Shown: piece after piece, positions 8,360-16,943 of the stretch
Layout: the number at the start of each line of letters is the position of its first letter
Position numbering within the stretch: the stretch's first letter is position 1
Assembly: GCA_041690295.1 (NCBI GenBank)
Contig: JAWLHR010000020.1
Location: 1 to 61,641 of the forward strand
Direction of reading: 5' to 3'
DNA from: Bdellovibrionales bacterium
Lineage (GTDB): Bacteria; Bdellovibrionota; Bdellovibrionia; Bdellovibrionales; UBA1609
Length of the DNA stretch: 61,641 nt
The notes under the pieces: model-generated
The model's database searches: none
Told to the model about the DNA's origin: nothing
The model's input: only the letters and a program-made list of their open reading frames with translations
Translations under genes and position numbers: made by a program

Positions 8360-9266
8360 CCAGCTCGATCTCAGTGGATTTCACAAGTTCACGAAGCTGA
8401 TCAATCGTGGTGGCGCTGGCGATGGCCGAAGTCACCGTCGGTTGGTTGATCAACCAAGCCAGGGCCACGACCGCGGGCGTGGTGGCGCAGTCCTTAGCCA
8501 CCTCATCAAGAACCGCCAAGACACGATGACCGCGCTCGTTCATATACCTTCTCGCGACCGTGTCGCCACGCTCGCTTCCCACAAGATCTTCGGCCTTGCG
8601 ATACTTCCCGGTCAGAAATCCCGCGGCGAGCGCGTAATAAGGAGTGACGCCCAAATTGTATTCTTCGCAAACCGGCCGCAGTTCCTTTTCAAACTGTTCC
8701 CGGTCATACAAATTATAAAGTGGCTGCAGCGATTGATAGCGGGGGAAGTCCCGCTTAATACTTGTTTCAATGGCTTCGCGCAGTTCTTGGCCGGAATAAT
8801 TGGACGCGCCACAAACCCGAACTTTCCCCTGCTTGACCAATAAAGCGTAGGCTTCCATGGTTTCTTCGATCGGCGTCGAGGGATCGGGCTTGTGGGAAAT
8901 ATAAAGGTCGATATAATCGGTTTGCAGCCGAACCAGAGACTCTTCCACTTCTCGAAGGATGTAGGCTTTAGCCAGACCGCTTTGACCCCGCATTTCCATT
9001 CCGACCTTGGTGGCCACAACGACCTTTTCGCGATTTTTTCTCGCCTTCATCCACTCGCCGATAATCATCTCGGACTCGCCGCCCTGATTCCCCGGAACCC
9101 ATGAGCCGTACATATTCGCGGTATCAATAAAATTACCACCGGCTTCAACGAACGCGTCGAGTAATTCGAACGAGCGCTTTTTATCAACGGTCCAGCCAAA
9201 AACATTGCCGCCAAAACAAAGAACAGAAACATTTAAAGGCGAATCACCCAGTCTTCGTGTTTTCAT
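8343..9266 (-). CDS. Aldo/keto reductase (C-terminus slightly truncated)
   Basis: GGNVFGW, FIDTANMY, VATKVG, SLVRLQTDYIDLY, GASNY, LQPLYNL, LAAGFLTGKY. Confidence 0.93.
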   Translation of the reverse strand: MKTRRLGDSPLNVSVLCFGGNVFGWTVDKKRSFELLDAFVEAGGNFIDTANMYGSWVPGNQGGESEMIIGEWMKARKNREKVVVATKVGMEMRGQSGLAKAYILREVEESLVRLQTDYIDLYISHKPDPSTPIEETMEAYALLVKQGKVRVCGASNYSGQELREAIETSIKRDFPRYQSLQPLYNLYDREQFEKELRPVCEEYNLGVTPYYALAAGFLTGKYRKAEDLVGSERGDTVARRYMNERGHRVLAVLDEVAKDCATTPAVVALAWLINQPTVTSAIASATTIDQLRELVKSTEIELGQRGL

Positions 9267-9348
9267 AACGGCCCCAATTTATTTCCAAATCGACAAACGA
9301 TCCAGCTAATAAATCACGTTGTAATCAATCACGCTTCAATTAAGCTGT

Positions 9349-10356
9349 ATGGTGATGGATGTAGTCGCGATCGAACACCATAATAAGCTCCACGATCGTA
9401 TATTCGTGGTGAATTGGTGCCTGGGGAACACCTGCAATTACTCGTGCAGCTACTGTCTGAAGGGATTGCACGACGGCTCCATTCCCTGGCCTGACATCGA
9501 TAAAATCAAACGGTTTTGTGACCGGGTCATTAATCATTACGATCGCCACCTCGGTCAGCGCGTTTTCTTCGAATTCACCGGTGGAGAAGTCACACTTTTT
9601 AAAGGATTGCGGTCCGTGCTGGCACACCTCAAAAGCCAGGGTGCCGAGACCGGGATCATCTCCAATGGAAGCCGGCGTTTGGAATACTGGGAGAACCTGA
9701 AACCCGTTCTGGATCAGGTTTGCCTGAGCTTCCACTCGGAATCCGCGGAACCTGAGCATTTTAAGAAGGTCGTATTGCTGCTGAAGGATTCCCTCACCGT
9801 GCACGTGAACGTCATGATGCATCCGGCTCACTTCGATAGGTGCGCGGAATTGGCCAACTGGTTCGCGAAAAACGTGACCGATATCACTCTCGCCGTTCAG
9901 CCTCTTTTGGTCGATTTCAAAGATAAGCTCTACGACTACACGCCAGAGCAACTGGAATACATTCAGAAAGGTCGGGAGATTCCCAAAACCACGCGGCCGC
10001 GCCGGAATTACCGGGGCGCCTTATATGAAGTCTATCAAGATGGATCGAAAAAACTCACCAGACCATCCGACATCGTGGCCGGTCGTCAGAACAATTGGTT
10101 TGGTTGGGAGTGTTGGATCGGACTCAGTCAACTTGTAGTGAATACCAACGGAGATGTTTATAGAGGCTGGTGCTATGTCGGTGGAAAACTCGGAAACGTT
10201 CAAGAACCGGATCTGGTCGAATTGCCTCGACGTCCGATCATCTGCGATAAAACATTTTGCCACTGCAATCTGGACATTATGAACAAGCGCCGGAAGCGCC
10301 ACAAAGTTAAAATACCATTTTTAAACCGGCGACCCAGCCCTCAGCGCGAAACTTAA
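9349..10356 (+). CDS. Radical SAM protein with SPASM/twitch-like C-terminal Cys cluster
   Basis: CNYSCSYC (CxxxCxxC), FTGGEVT, SNGS, C-terminal CWIG...GDVYRGWC...GNV...C..C.C. Confidence 0.9.
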   Translation: MVMDVVAIEHHNKLHDRIFVVNWCLGNTCNYSCSYCLKGLHDGSIPWPDIDKIKRFCDRVINHYDRHLGQRVFFEFTGGEVTLFKGLRSVLAHLKSQGAETGIISNGSRRLEYWENLKPVLDQVCLSFHSESAEPEHFKKVVLLLKDSLTVHVNVMMHPAHFDRCAELANWFAKNVTDITLAVQPLLVDFKDKLYDYTPEQLEYIQKGREIPKTTRPRRNYRGALYEVYQDGSKKLTRPSDIVAGRQNNWFGWECWIGLSQLVVNTNGDVYRGWCYVGGKLGNVQEPDLVELPRRPIICDKTFCHCNLDIMNKRRKRHKVKIPFLNRRPSPQRET

Positions 10357-10960
10357 GATCGATTTCATCCTTTTTCTTGAAGCGCACCAGATTGTTCCGG
10401 TATCCGGCACCCAAGTGCAGTCTCTTGGAAATCGGCAGGTAACCCAGAGCAATGACATCCATGTACTCCCGCCCTTTACCGGTTGAGCCCCAGGCTTCAA
10501 CATCCAAAGTCAGCCATTTGAGAAGATCATAGTTCCAGCTGGCGAAAGCCATTGGTACAAAGAGCAAATATCGGCTTGAGTTTTTAACGGTGATAAAATC
10601 TTCTTCAGCATAAAGGTCGATCACACGGAGAGCCGCTCCGAGCGCGATTCTCTTTGTGAACTGACCGAAAAAGGCGAGATCATAGCTATCAAATCGGTAA
10701 GTTTTTAAGGGGACGTCATCTTCGCTTTCAAATCTCTGCGGCGTGCCCATCACCTTAAAGTTCTTCCCCCGGTAAGAAGCGAAGCCGAAAGGTTGCTCCG
10801 GAAATTCCCCATATCCACCGACCAAATTTTCTCCACTGGCTTCTTGATCACTTAACATTTGATGCCAGTACATGAGATTGAGTTCGCCACTGTGACCCAA
10901 TGGGGCCCAAAACAAAAAACCAACCAAAAGAAGCTTCTTAAAACACCGCATGTAGTTCAA
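10307..10960 (-). CDS. Putative outer-membrane beta-barrel protein
   Basis: Signal peptide, alternating aromatic strands, GAGYR, C-terminal Phe (GLKMVF); paralog of 10938-11630. Confidence 0.75.
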   Translation of the reverse strand: MNYMRCFKKLLLVGFLFWAPLGHSGELNLMYWHQMLSDQEASGENLVGGYGEFPEQPFGFASYRGKNFKVMGTPQRFESEDDVPLKTYRFDSYDLAFFGQFTKRIALGAALRVIDLYAEEDFITVKNSSRYLLFVPMAFASWNYDLLKWLTLDVEAWGSTGKGREYMDVIALGYLPISKRLHLGAGYRNNLVRFKKKDEIDLKFRAEGWVAGLKMVF

Positions 10961-11630
10961 CGATCGGCCCCTCCATCCGAATATGTGTGTCCAACCCGGT
11001 TCGATCCAACTTCATTGAGATGGTGCGATAGCCCAAAGCAAAGTGAATGTTCTGGCTGAATTCCCATTGGGCCTTGGCGGACACGTCCGAGGATTGTGAG
11101 TGCTTGCCATTGCCCGAAAGCCGTCCCGTCACGTCCAGAAAAATGTTTCCGTACATGCTGACGTGCACTCGCGAAAAAGCCATCGGCATGAAATAACGAT
11201 ATCGAAGTGAATTGGCCGAGGTTTTAAAATCCTCTTCCACTTCCATGTTCACAAAACGCGCGCCCGCGCCCAGATCAAACCAATCCGAAAGCCGCCAAAA
11301 TAAATTGAGGTCATAGCTATCCGCCACGATGGTGTGCACGGGAACCGTGTCCTCGCTTTCCATTAACAACGGCGTCCACTGAAACTCCACATTGTATGGA
11401 ATTGAACCGAAGCTATGACCCATCGTGCGGATGAACAGGTAGTAATTGGTTTTGGCGTGAAGCTCGTCACTGGCACCGATCATGTCATATCCCGACACTT
11501 CACCGGACATGGCTTGGGCGAACCAATAGGCGGCACCAATACGGATGCTCCCGCCTTCGGTCGTAGGCTGCTGCGCCCATGCGAAGGGCGCAAGCGCCAT
11601 CATGATCAATGCCGAAGTTAATGTCTTCAT
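10938..11630 (-). CDS. Putative outer-membrane beta-barrel protein
   Basis: Signal peptide ending AWA, LGYR, C-terminal Phe (LHAVF); shares DSYDL, EEDF, NS.RY, PMAF with its neighbour. Confidence 0.78.
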   Translation of the reverse strand: MKTLTSALIMMALAPFAWAQQPTTEGGSIRIGAAYWFAQAMSGEVSGYDMIGASDELHAKTNYYLFIRTMGHSFGSIPYNVEFQWTPLLMESEDTVPVHTIVADSYDLNLFWRLSDWFDLGAGARFVNMEVEEDFKTSANSLRYRYFMPMAFSRVHVSMYGNIFLDVTGRLSGNGKHSQSSDVSAKAQWEFSQNIHFALGYRTISMKLDRTGLDTHIRMEGPIVELHAVF

Positions 11631-13108
11631 TGCAATCTCGCCCCATAGAGACTTTCAACCAGCCCGATCACGGGAAGCAATGAGGCGCGCACGACTGGTT
11701 TCAGTCCGGGGTTGTCCTCTATGAACTGCGCGATCGCGGGTGAGATCGAGTAATAAGTTTTTACCAACCAACGCCCGATCACCGACTGATTCAAGACGCG
11801 GTCGCGAAAGCGTCTCAGCATCATCACCTTTGGTTGAAGCGAACTGCCATAAGCCGCCGTCGCGATAAAACAGCCGGCCGCGACGACCTCGTTGGACTGG
11901 GATTCTGGAACCACCGAAGTTTTGAAAGAGGCGACCACGGGAACCATATTATTGATGGACCGGGCGTTGTCCGCGGAATTCGGATCGGTATGCAACACAC
12001 CGGTTGGACGCCCGTTATAATTCACGTTCGGATTGGAGTAATAACCGATCTTGGTCGTGCCGTTATAGGACATGATCGTTCCGAAATCGGCGACATTATC
12101 ATAGTAACCGTGCGAGTAAGTGAAGGCTCCCGGATCGGTTGTGGTGGCGCGGTCATGGTGGCTCCCGAGAATATGACCGGCTTCGTGAGCGAACACGTGC
12201 AGAGTTTCCATCAAGTAAGTTTGCACAACACCGAAGGCGGCGGAACCATCCGCCGAGGTGTCGCTCAGGAAGGCGAGACCCAACACATTCGACCTGTTGC
12301 CGTTGATCATGAGAATGACGAAGTCAGCGCCGTACTTTTCGCGCTCGGCATGAAGATCATCCATGTACCCGTCATTGGGAAAATAAAGCCGGTTCAAGTC
12401 GGTCTGCAAATCATTTCCGACTTCACTGTAATCCGTTTTAACAAGACGAACGAGACGTACCCGGGAGCCAATGCCGCTCACTGTGAACGCCAGATTCATT
12501 TGGTCTATCACTTGTTGAGCCGTGTTGACGATGTTGGATCGCGAGGCTCCGGCGCTTTCGGTATAAGCGATCATCGCGTCGATCACCGAACCGTCATCGG
12601 GAGGAGCGGCTTTAGGCCTCATCCTCGCCGGACCTTTCGGCGCGCGAATCACACCATCGTGAAAGCGGATCGCCGGTTGAATTTCCTGGATGAGATAATT
12701 GCCATCGCCAAGGGGTGATAATTGAAAATGCCGCCCGTCGATTTGGAAATGGCCGCCGAACGTATTCGCCTCGCGCGTAAGGATGATATGACTGTAAGTC
12801 ACTGAGCCTAACGCCTGACCCAACCAAGAGTAGCGGTCCTCTCCACGCCATTCCAGACGTTCCTTGACCGCTTGCACCCGAAAATCGTCAAAGAAGTTGA
12901 ACGTGATTCCGCTGGCTCCCTGATAAGCATCCGAGCCGAGCGGCACGAAATCCCGGACTTTTACGATCCGGCTCCTGACCACGGAAGGATCTTCCGAAGA
13001 CGGCGGCGGAATGTTTACGGGAACAAAAATTTCCTCGTATTCGGGTTCAAAAAAACCTAAAGACAATACGGCCAATACGATAATCAGGAGCACTGCCCGA
13101 ACGCGCAC
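11627..13108 (-). CDS. Reprolysin-like (M12) zinc metallopeptidase with C-terminal CFI-box domain
   Basis: HEAGHILGSHHD zinc motif, TIMSY Met-turn, propeptide, C-terminal GCFIATAAYGS...LRRFRD...YY..SP..A; GGAGG RBS with GTG start. Confidence 0.9.
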   Translation of the reverse strand: MRVRAVLLIIVLAVLSLGFFEPEYEEIFVPVNIPPPSSEDPSVVRSRIVKVRDFVPLGSDAYQGASGITFNFFDDFRVQAVKERLEWRGEDRYSWLGQALGSVTYSHIILTREANTFGGHFQIDGRHFQLSPLGDGNYLIQEIQPAIRFHDGVIRAPKGPARMRPKAAPPDDGSVIDAMIAYTESAGASRSNIVNTAQQVIDQMNLAFTVSGIGSRVRLVRLVKTDYSEVGNDLQTDLNRLYFPNDGYMDDLHAEREKYGADFVILMINGNRSNVLGLAFLSDTSADGSAAFGVVQTYLMETLHVFAHEAGHILGSHHDRATTTDPGAFTYSHGYYDNVADFGTIMSYNGTTKIGYYSNPNVNYNGRPTGVLHTDPNSADNARSINNMVPVVASFKTSVVPESQSNEVVAAGCFIATAAYGSSLQPKVMMLRRFRDRVLNQSVIGRWLVKTYYSISPAIAQFIEDNPGLKPVVRASLLPVIGLVESLYGARLQ

Positions 13109-13245
13109 TCGTAACCTCCATCCTTTGCGTAAAGTATATAAGGACTGGGATTCCGTGACCGGGCCAGGATCTCATTTTTAGACATATGTCGGTGTGAACC
13201 GCCGTAACACTCGACAAGCGAACAAAGCCGGATGAAAATAGGGGT

Positions 13246-13623
13246 ATGAACAAAGCTGGACTTAAAGTCGTCGTCATGTCCCTTTTCGCTTTACTTGGGT
13301 CGGTCGTTCTCTACCAAAGTTGCGATCAGGGGGGCGAATTGAAGATGACGAAAAACCCCGCGAGTTTAGGCGAAAGATCCTATTATCTGATCGAGCAAGG
13401 CTACACCTGCCTTTCTCCGGCCACCAACACGCAAGTGCAGAGTTATAAGGCCCGAATCACGCTTTTTTCGGGTTCACAAGTGGTGCATTTAAGCGGTGAT
13501 GGATGTGATGACACCGTTACTCAAGCGGCGTACGATCCCGCGCAATTCGTGTTGTCAGCGGATCAAAACACCCTGACCTATCAGGGTGAAACTTACGTTT
13601 ACTATAAAAGTCCGCCGTTCTAA
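13246..13623 (+). CDS. Hypothetical lipoprotein (YQSC lipobox)
   Basis: Hydrophobic N-region followed by LYQSC; two further Cys. Confidence 0.7.
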   Translation: MNKAGLKVVVMSLFALLGSVVLYQSCDQGGELKMTKNPASLGERSYYLIEQGYTCLSPATNTQVQSYKARITLFSGSQVVHLSGDGCDDTVTQAAYDPAQFVLSADQNTLTYQGETYVYYKSPPF

Positions 13624-14315
13624 GTGCGTTCAACCGAATGCACGATGAACTTATTCTGTTGATATCGGAACTTTACGTTGAGACCCGCCACCCAGACCGC
13701 GAACTCCGCGGGCTCGCGTTTCAAATAGGCGGGCGGCCTGGGATCGTTTGATATCATCTCGTAAATTAAATTCTGAATCCGCTCCGGGTCCGAAACATTC
13801 GCGCGAAGTTCTTTTCGAGCCTCTTCGGTGAACTCACATTCGGTGATCAGATCGCAAGCCTGATCGAGCCAGCCCGAGGAATATGTTTCCGGCCTGTCCG
13901 CTTCCGCCACATACGGCTTGATATCGAGTATCGGCGTTCCGTCCACAAGGTCCACTTCGCCAAGAATCAATCTGTCCCCTTCACAGGCGAGGACTCGCGC
14001 CAAAGTTAAGCCGATATTGTTAGGACGGTGCGGACTTCGCGACGCCAAAATCCCGGTCTTCGTTCCTCTCAATCTCGGAGGATGAATTTTGCCGCGAATC
14101 CGCGTGTTTTGGCTGAGATGCAGAAAACTCAAGATCCACGCATGGCTGAAGCCTTCGAGGCCGCTGAAAATCCCGCGACCTTTCCATTCAGGCGACAATT
14201 CAACGGTCGCACGACTGTTTTTCGCTAAAAATCCCTGGCGAGGCGTTCCGAATTTCTGCTGAAAATCGGAGCGAAGCCAACCGAGGGGCTTAAGTGTGAT
14301 GGGCTCGTGCATCAA
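13620..14315 (-). CDS. trmO: tRNA (N6-threonylcarbamoyladenosine(37)-N6)-methyltransferase
   Basis: KFGTPRQG, GLEGFSH, RSPHRPNNIGLT, DLVDGTPILDIKPY, DPRP. Confidence 0.93.
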   Translation of the reverse strand: MMHEPITLKPLGWLRSDFQQKFGTPRQGFLAKNSRATVELSPEWKGRGIFSGLEGFSHAWILSFLHLSQNTRIRGKIHPPRLRGTKTGILASRSPHRPNNIGLTLARVLACEGDRLILGEVDLVDGTPILDIKPYVAEADRPETYSSGWLDQACDLITECEFTEEARKELRANVSDPERIQNLIYEMISNDPRPPAYLKREPAEFAVWVAGLNVKFRYQQNKFIVHSVERT

Positions 14316-14380
14316 CGTCCTATTAGCCTACCGGTGGGCTGAGCGACAAGGCAAAGTTTTTGCACCTCTTTTCTAAGACC

Positions 14381-14596
14381 ATGAGGTACCTGGAGCTTCT
14401 CGTCCAACGACCGCCTGTGCCCCCGCCCGTGGCACCACCGCCCACAGAGCCGAATCCGTTTACGCAAACCGTTTTGGCTTTGGGATTGAGTCTCACAATG
14501 CTCACCGGCTTTGTGTTTTTGGTCATTACGTTCGCGATTGCCTTTTACTACCTCGTGCAACAGGGCAGAAAAAAACGGCAACAGCAAATGCGCTGA
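14381..14596 (+). CDS. Small membrane protein (Pro-rich N-terminus, one long TM segment)
   Basis: PPVPPPVAPPP then a long hydrophobic stretch and basic tail; directly upstream of the histidine kinase. Confidence 0.55.
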   Translation: MRYLELLVQRPPVPPPVAPPPTEPNPFTQTVLALGLSLTMLTGFVFLVITFAIAFYYLVQQGRKKRQQQMR

Positions 14597-14623
14597 AACT
14601 CAAACAATCGGGGTTAGGAGAGG

Positions 14624-16222
14624 TTGACACGATTTGAAATAGTCGCTGATTACATACGCCGAAACACAAATTCGATTTGCCAGAATTGGGAACAGGAAGT
14701 TCGCGCCAATCTGGACGCCGCACAAGAGCGCTCGACCCTCACACTCATCGACTCCCTGCCAAAGTATCTGGAAAAACTCAGTCTCGCGCTCACCAGTGGC
14801 TCCGAAAGTCATATTCACGAAGGAAAACAGGTCACCGAGGAGTACGCCGAGAAAAGAGCTGAAATGGAAGAGTACAATCTTGAGCAAATCATCGATGAAT
14901 TCCGCATCCTACGCAGGGTGACCTTTCGGGAATTGAATAACAATGTTTACATCGATAATGAATCCGCCGAACGGATCAATAATTTCATCGATCAGGGAAT
15001 CTCACACGCCGCCCAACGATTCGTGGAAGTCAGTAACGGAAAGCTGATCGAAGCCACGCGCGCCGCCGAGGCCGCCAATCACGCCAAAAGCGCGTTTTTG
15101 GCCAACATGAGTCACGAAATCAGGACTCCACTCGGCGCCATCGTGGGTTTCATCGACTTAATGAAACGACGCGATCTCTCCCGCGAAGAATTGGACGGAT
15201 ACATCGCCATCATCGAACGGAATTCAGGACAATTGATCCGAATTATCGACGATATCCTCGATCTTTCAAAAGTTGAGGCTGGAATGCTTCTGATTGAAAA
15301 GGTCCAAGTGCCATTGCTTGATTGTCTTTCTGAAATCGGAGATATCATGGGGTTTCGCGCCCGCGAAAACGCCATTGATTTTAAAATCGTAACCAAAACA
15401 CCGATTCCGGATCTGATTGTGTCGGATCCAATCCGCTTAAAACAAATCCTCACGAATATCGTCGGCAATGCGATTAAGTTCACTGACAAGGGATCGGTGA
15501 TTGTCAGTGTCACTTACGAGGATGGATTCATTGAATTTGAAGTCAGCGACACCGGCCCGGGAATCACTCCAGAACAGTTGGCCAGAATTTTCAAACCCTT
15601 CGAACAGGCCGAAACCTCAACGACGCGAAAGTTCGGCGGAACCGGATTGGGGCTCATCTTAACCAAAAGGTTATGTGAGAAAATGGGCGGCGATTTGGTT
15701 CTTAAATCCACCGAGGTCGGTAAGGGCAGCGTCTTCACTGCCCGCATCCGAGTACAAGTTCCAACTGACGCCAAGATGATCCCCGCCCGTGAATTCGCCT
15801 ACTCGTCCAGGCCCATGCCCGCTAAATTTTCTTATCCAAATGAGAATACCGTTTTTTCCAGAATGCGTGTCTTGCTGGTCGATGATTCACCGGACAATCA
15901 GTCGCTGATCAAAATTCTGCTTAACAAAATGGGCATTGAAGTTGATTTGGCCGGTGATGGTGAGGACGGCGTTAAAAAGGCGCAACGATCGAACTATCAT
16001 TTGATCCTGATGGATGTCCGAATGCCTAAGATGGACGGCTTTGAGGCCACTCGGGTCCTCAGACAATCAGGCTACAAAGGCCCGATCGTGGCACTAACCG
16101 CTCACGCCATGAAAGAGGAGCGGGAAAAGTGTTTTGAGTCCGGATGCACGGCATTTCTGTCAAAGCCCTTGCACCGTGAATCTCTGGTGGCGATCTTACG
16201 TAAATATCAACCCGCGGACTGA
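14624..16222 (+). CDS. Cytoplasmic hybrid histidine kinase (RsbRD_N-like sensor, HisKA, HATPase, receiver)
   Basis: FLANMSHEIRTPL, NAIKFT, DTGPGI, GGTGLGL, LLVDD, LMDVRMP, FLSKP; N-terminus W...LIDSLP...EFRILR resembles RsbRD_N; AGGAG RBS with TTG start. Confidence 0.93.
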   Translation: MTRFEIVADYIRRNTNSICQNWEQEVRANLDAAQERSTLTLIDSLPKYLEKLSLALTSGSESHIHEGKQVTEEYAEKRAEMEEYNLEQIIDEFRILRRVTFRELNNNVYIDNESAERINNFIDQGISHAAQRFVEVSNGKLIEATRAAEAANHAKSAFLANMSHEIRTPLGAIVGFIDLMKRRDLSREELDGYIAIIERNSGQLIRIIDDILDLSKVEAGMLLIEKVQVPLLDCLSEIGDIMGFRARENAIDFKIVTKTPIPDLIVSDPIRLKQILTNIVGNAIKFTDKGSVIVSVTYEDGFIEFEVSDTGPGITPEQLARIFKPFEQAETSTTRKFGGTGLGLILTKRLCEKMGGDLVLKSTEVGKGSVFTARIRVQVPTDAKMIPAREFAYSSRPMPAKFSYPNENTVFSRMRVLLVDDSPDNQSLIKILLNKMGIEVDLAGDGEDGVKKAQRSNYHLILMDVRMPKMDGFEATRVLRQSGYKGPIVALTAHAMKEEREKCFESGCTAFLSKPLHRESLVAILRKYQPAD

Positions 16223-16267
16223 ACCGGCCAGGCTTCCCAAAACCGGCCGATTCAATTCTTCTGGTAT

Positions 16268-16528
16268 TTAGCGTGACCTTGCCGCTCGGGCCCAGGTGCT
16301 TTGCGATCCACCCGTCGACGCCGATCGTGAACTGCCTCGACCACGGCGGGAAGTTGATGTACTTCTCCGGCGCGTTGTTGTTCCCCGACCTCGTGACGAC
16401 GTTGCGCTTGCGGTCCGCCGACGTGAAGTGGAACGCTTGCGCCGACCGTTCGAAGCCGAGCTTTTGCGGGAACGGGAACTCTTACGTCTTCCGTTTGACG
16501 CTGATCTTCCTCTTCGAGCTGCTGGCAT
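16268..16528 (-). CDS. Arg/Ser-rich protamine-like small basic protein
   Basis: GGAGG RBS before ATG at 16528; 86 aa dominated by R, S, T, G, A with no acidic residues. Confidence 0.7.
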   Translation of the reverse strand: MPAARRGRSASNGRRKSSRSRKSSASNGRRKRSTSRRRTASATSSRGRGTTTRRRSTSTSRRGRGSSRSASTGGSQSTWARAARSR

Positions 16529-16653
16529 ATTTTCCTCCATTGTGAGGGTTTGTTAGTAACAAATCGATTAATCTGTCAGTGCTTGTTTCGAACTTTTCAC
16601 CATCCACTATTTCATCTGGATCATCATCACCATCGATTCCCGCGCCACTCACC

Positions 16654-16818
16654 CTAGGATTCTTCATCTTCGCTGTTCGCATTTTCTTCGTTGCCGGATC
16701 TCCGCCCGCCATGACTCGCGCGACCACCCATCGAAGCGATACGGCGGACCTGTTCGCGAGGCATCGCCGCGAATCCGCGACGGCTTCGTCCGGAATTACG
16801 CGATTTTTTCTCAGCCAT
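16654..16818 (-). CDS. KGG-motif (GsiB/YciG/Con-10-like) general stress protein, 54 aa, not in the ORF track
   Basis: AGGAGG RBS; MAEKKSRNSGRSRRGFAAMPREQVRRIASMGGRASHGG... matches the RGFAxM..IASxGG repeat. Confidence 0.85.
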   Translation of the reverse strand: MAEKKSRNSGRSRRGFAAMPREQVRRIASMGGRASHGGRRSGNEENANSEDEES

Positions 16819-16843
16819 AAACACCTCCTATGAAGCGCGAATG

Positions 16844-16859
16844 TGCAACTGAGGTGCCA
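16844..16859 (-). promoter_or_regulatory. sigma54 (-24/-12) promoter of the KGG gene
   Basis: TGGCAC-CTCAG-TTGCA, a full consensus match, 25 nt upstream of the ATG. Confidence 0.7.
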
Positions 16860-16943
16860 CATTTCGAATTGCACCGCGTGTTGTGTGTCGTATCTGGATA
16901 ATCGGTGAAGAAGTGTGCCCCATTTCCGCGTTCGCAATTTCCT

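Noticed and set aside
4649..13620. Integrative element or prophage at tRNA-Asn
   Set aside because: Gene content is accessory-like, but I saw no integrase, phage gene or duplicated tRNA 3' end.
16482..16937. 151-aa ORF from the track
   Set aside because: Overlaps the better supported KGG ORF (RBS, motif, promoter) in another frame and spans its promoter.
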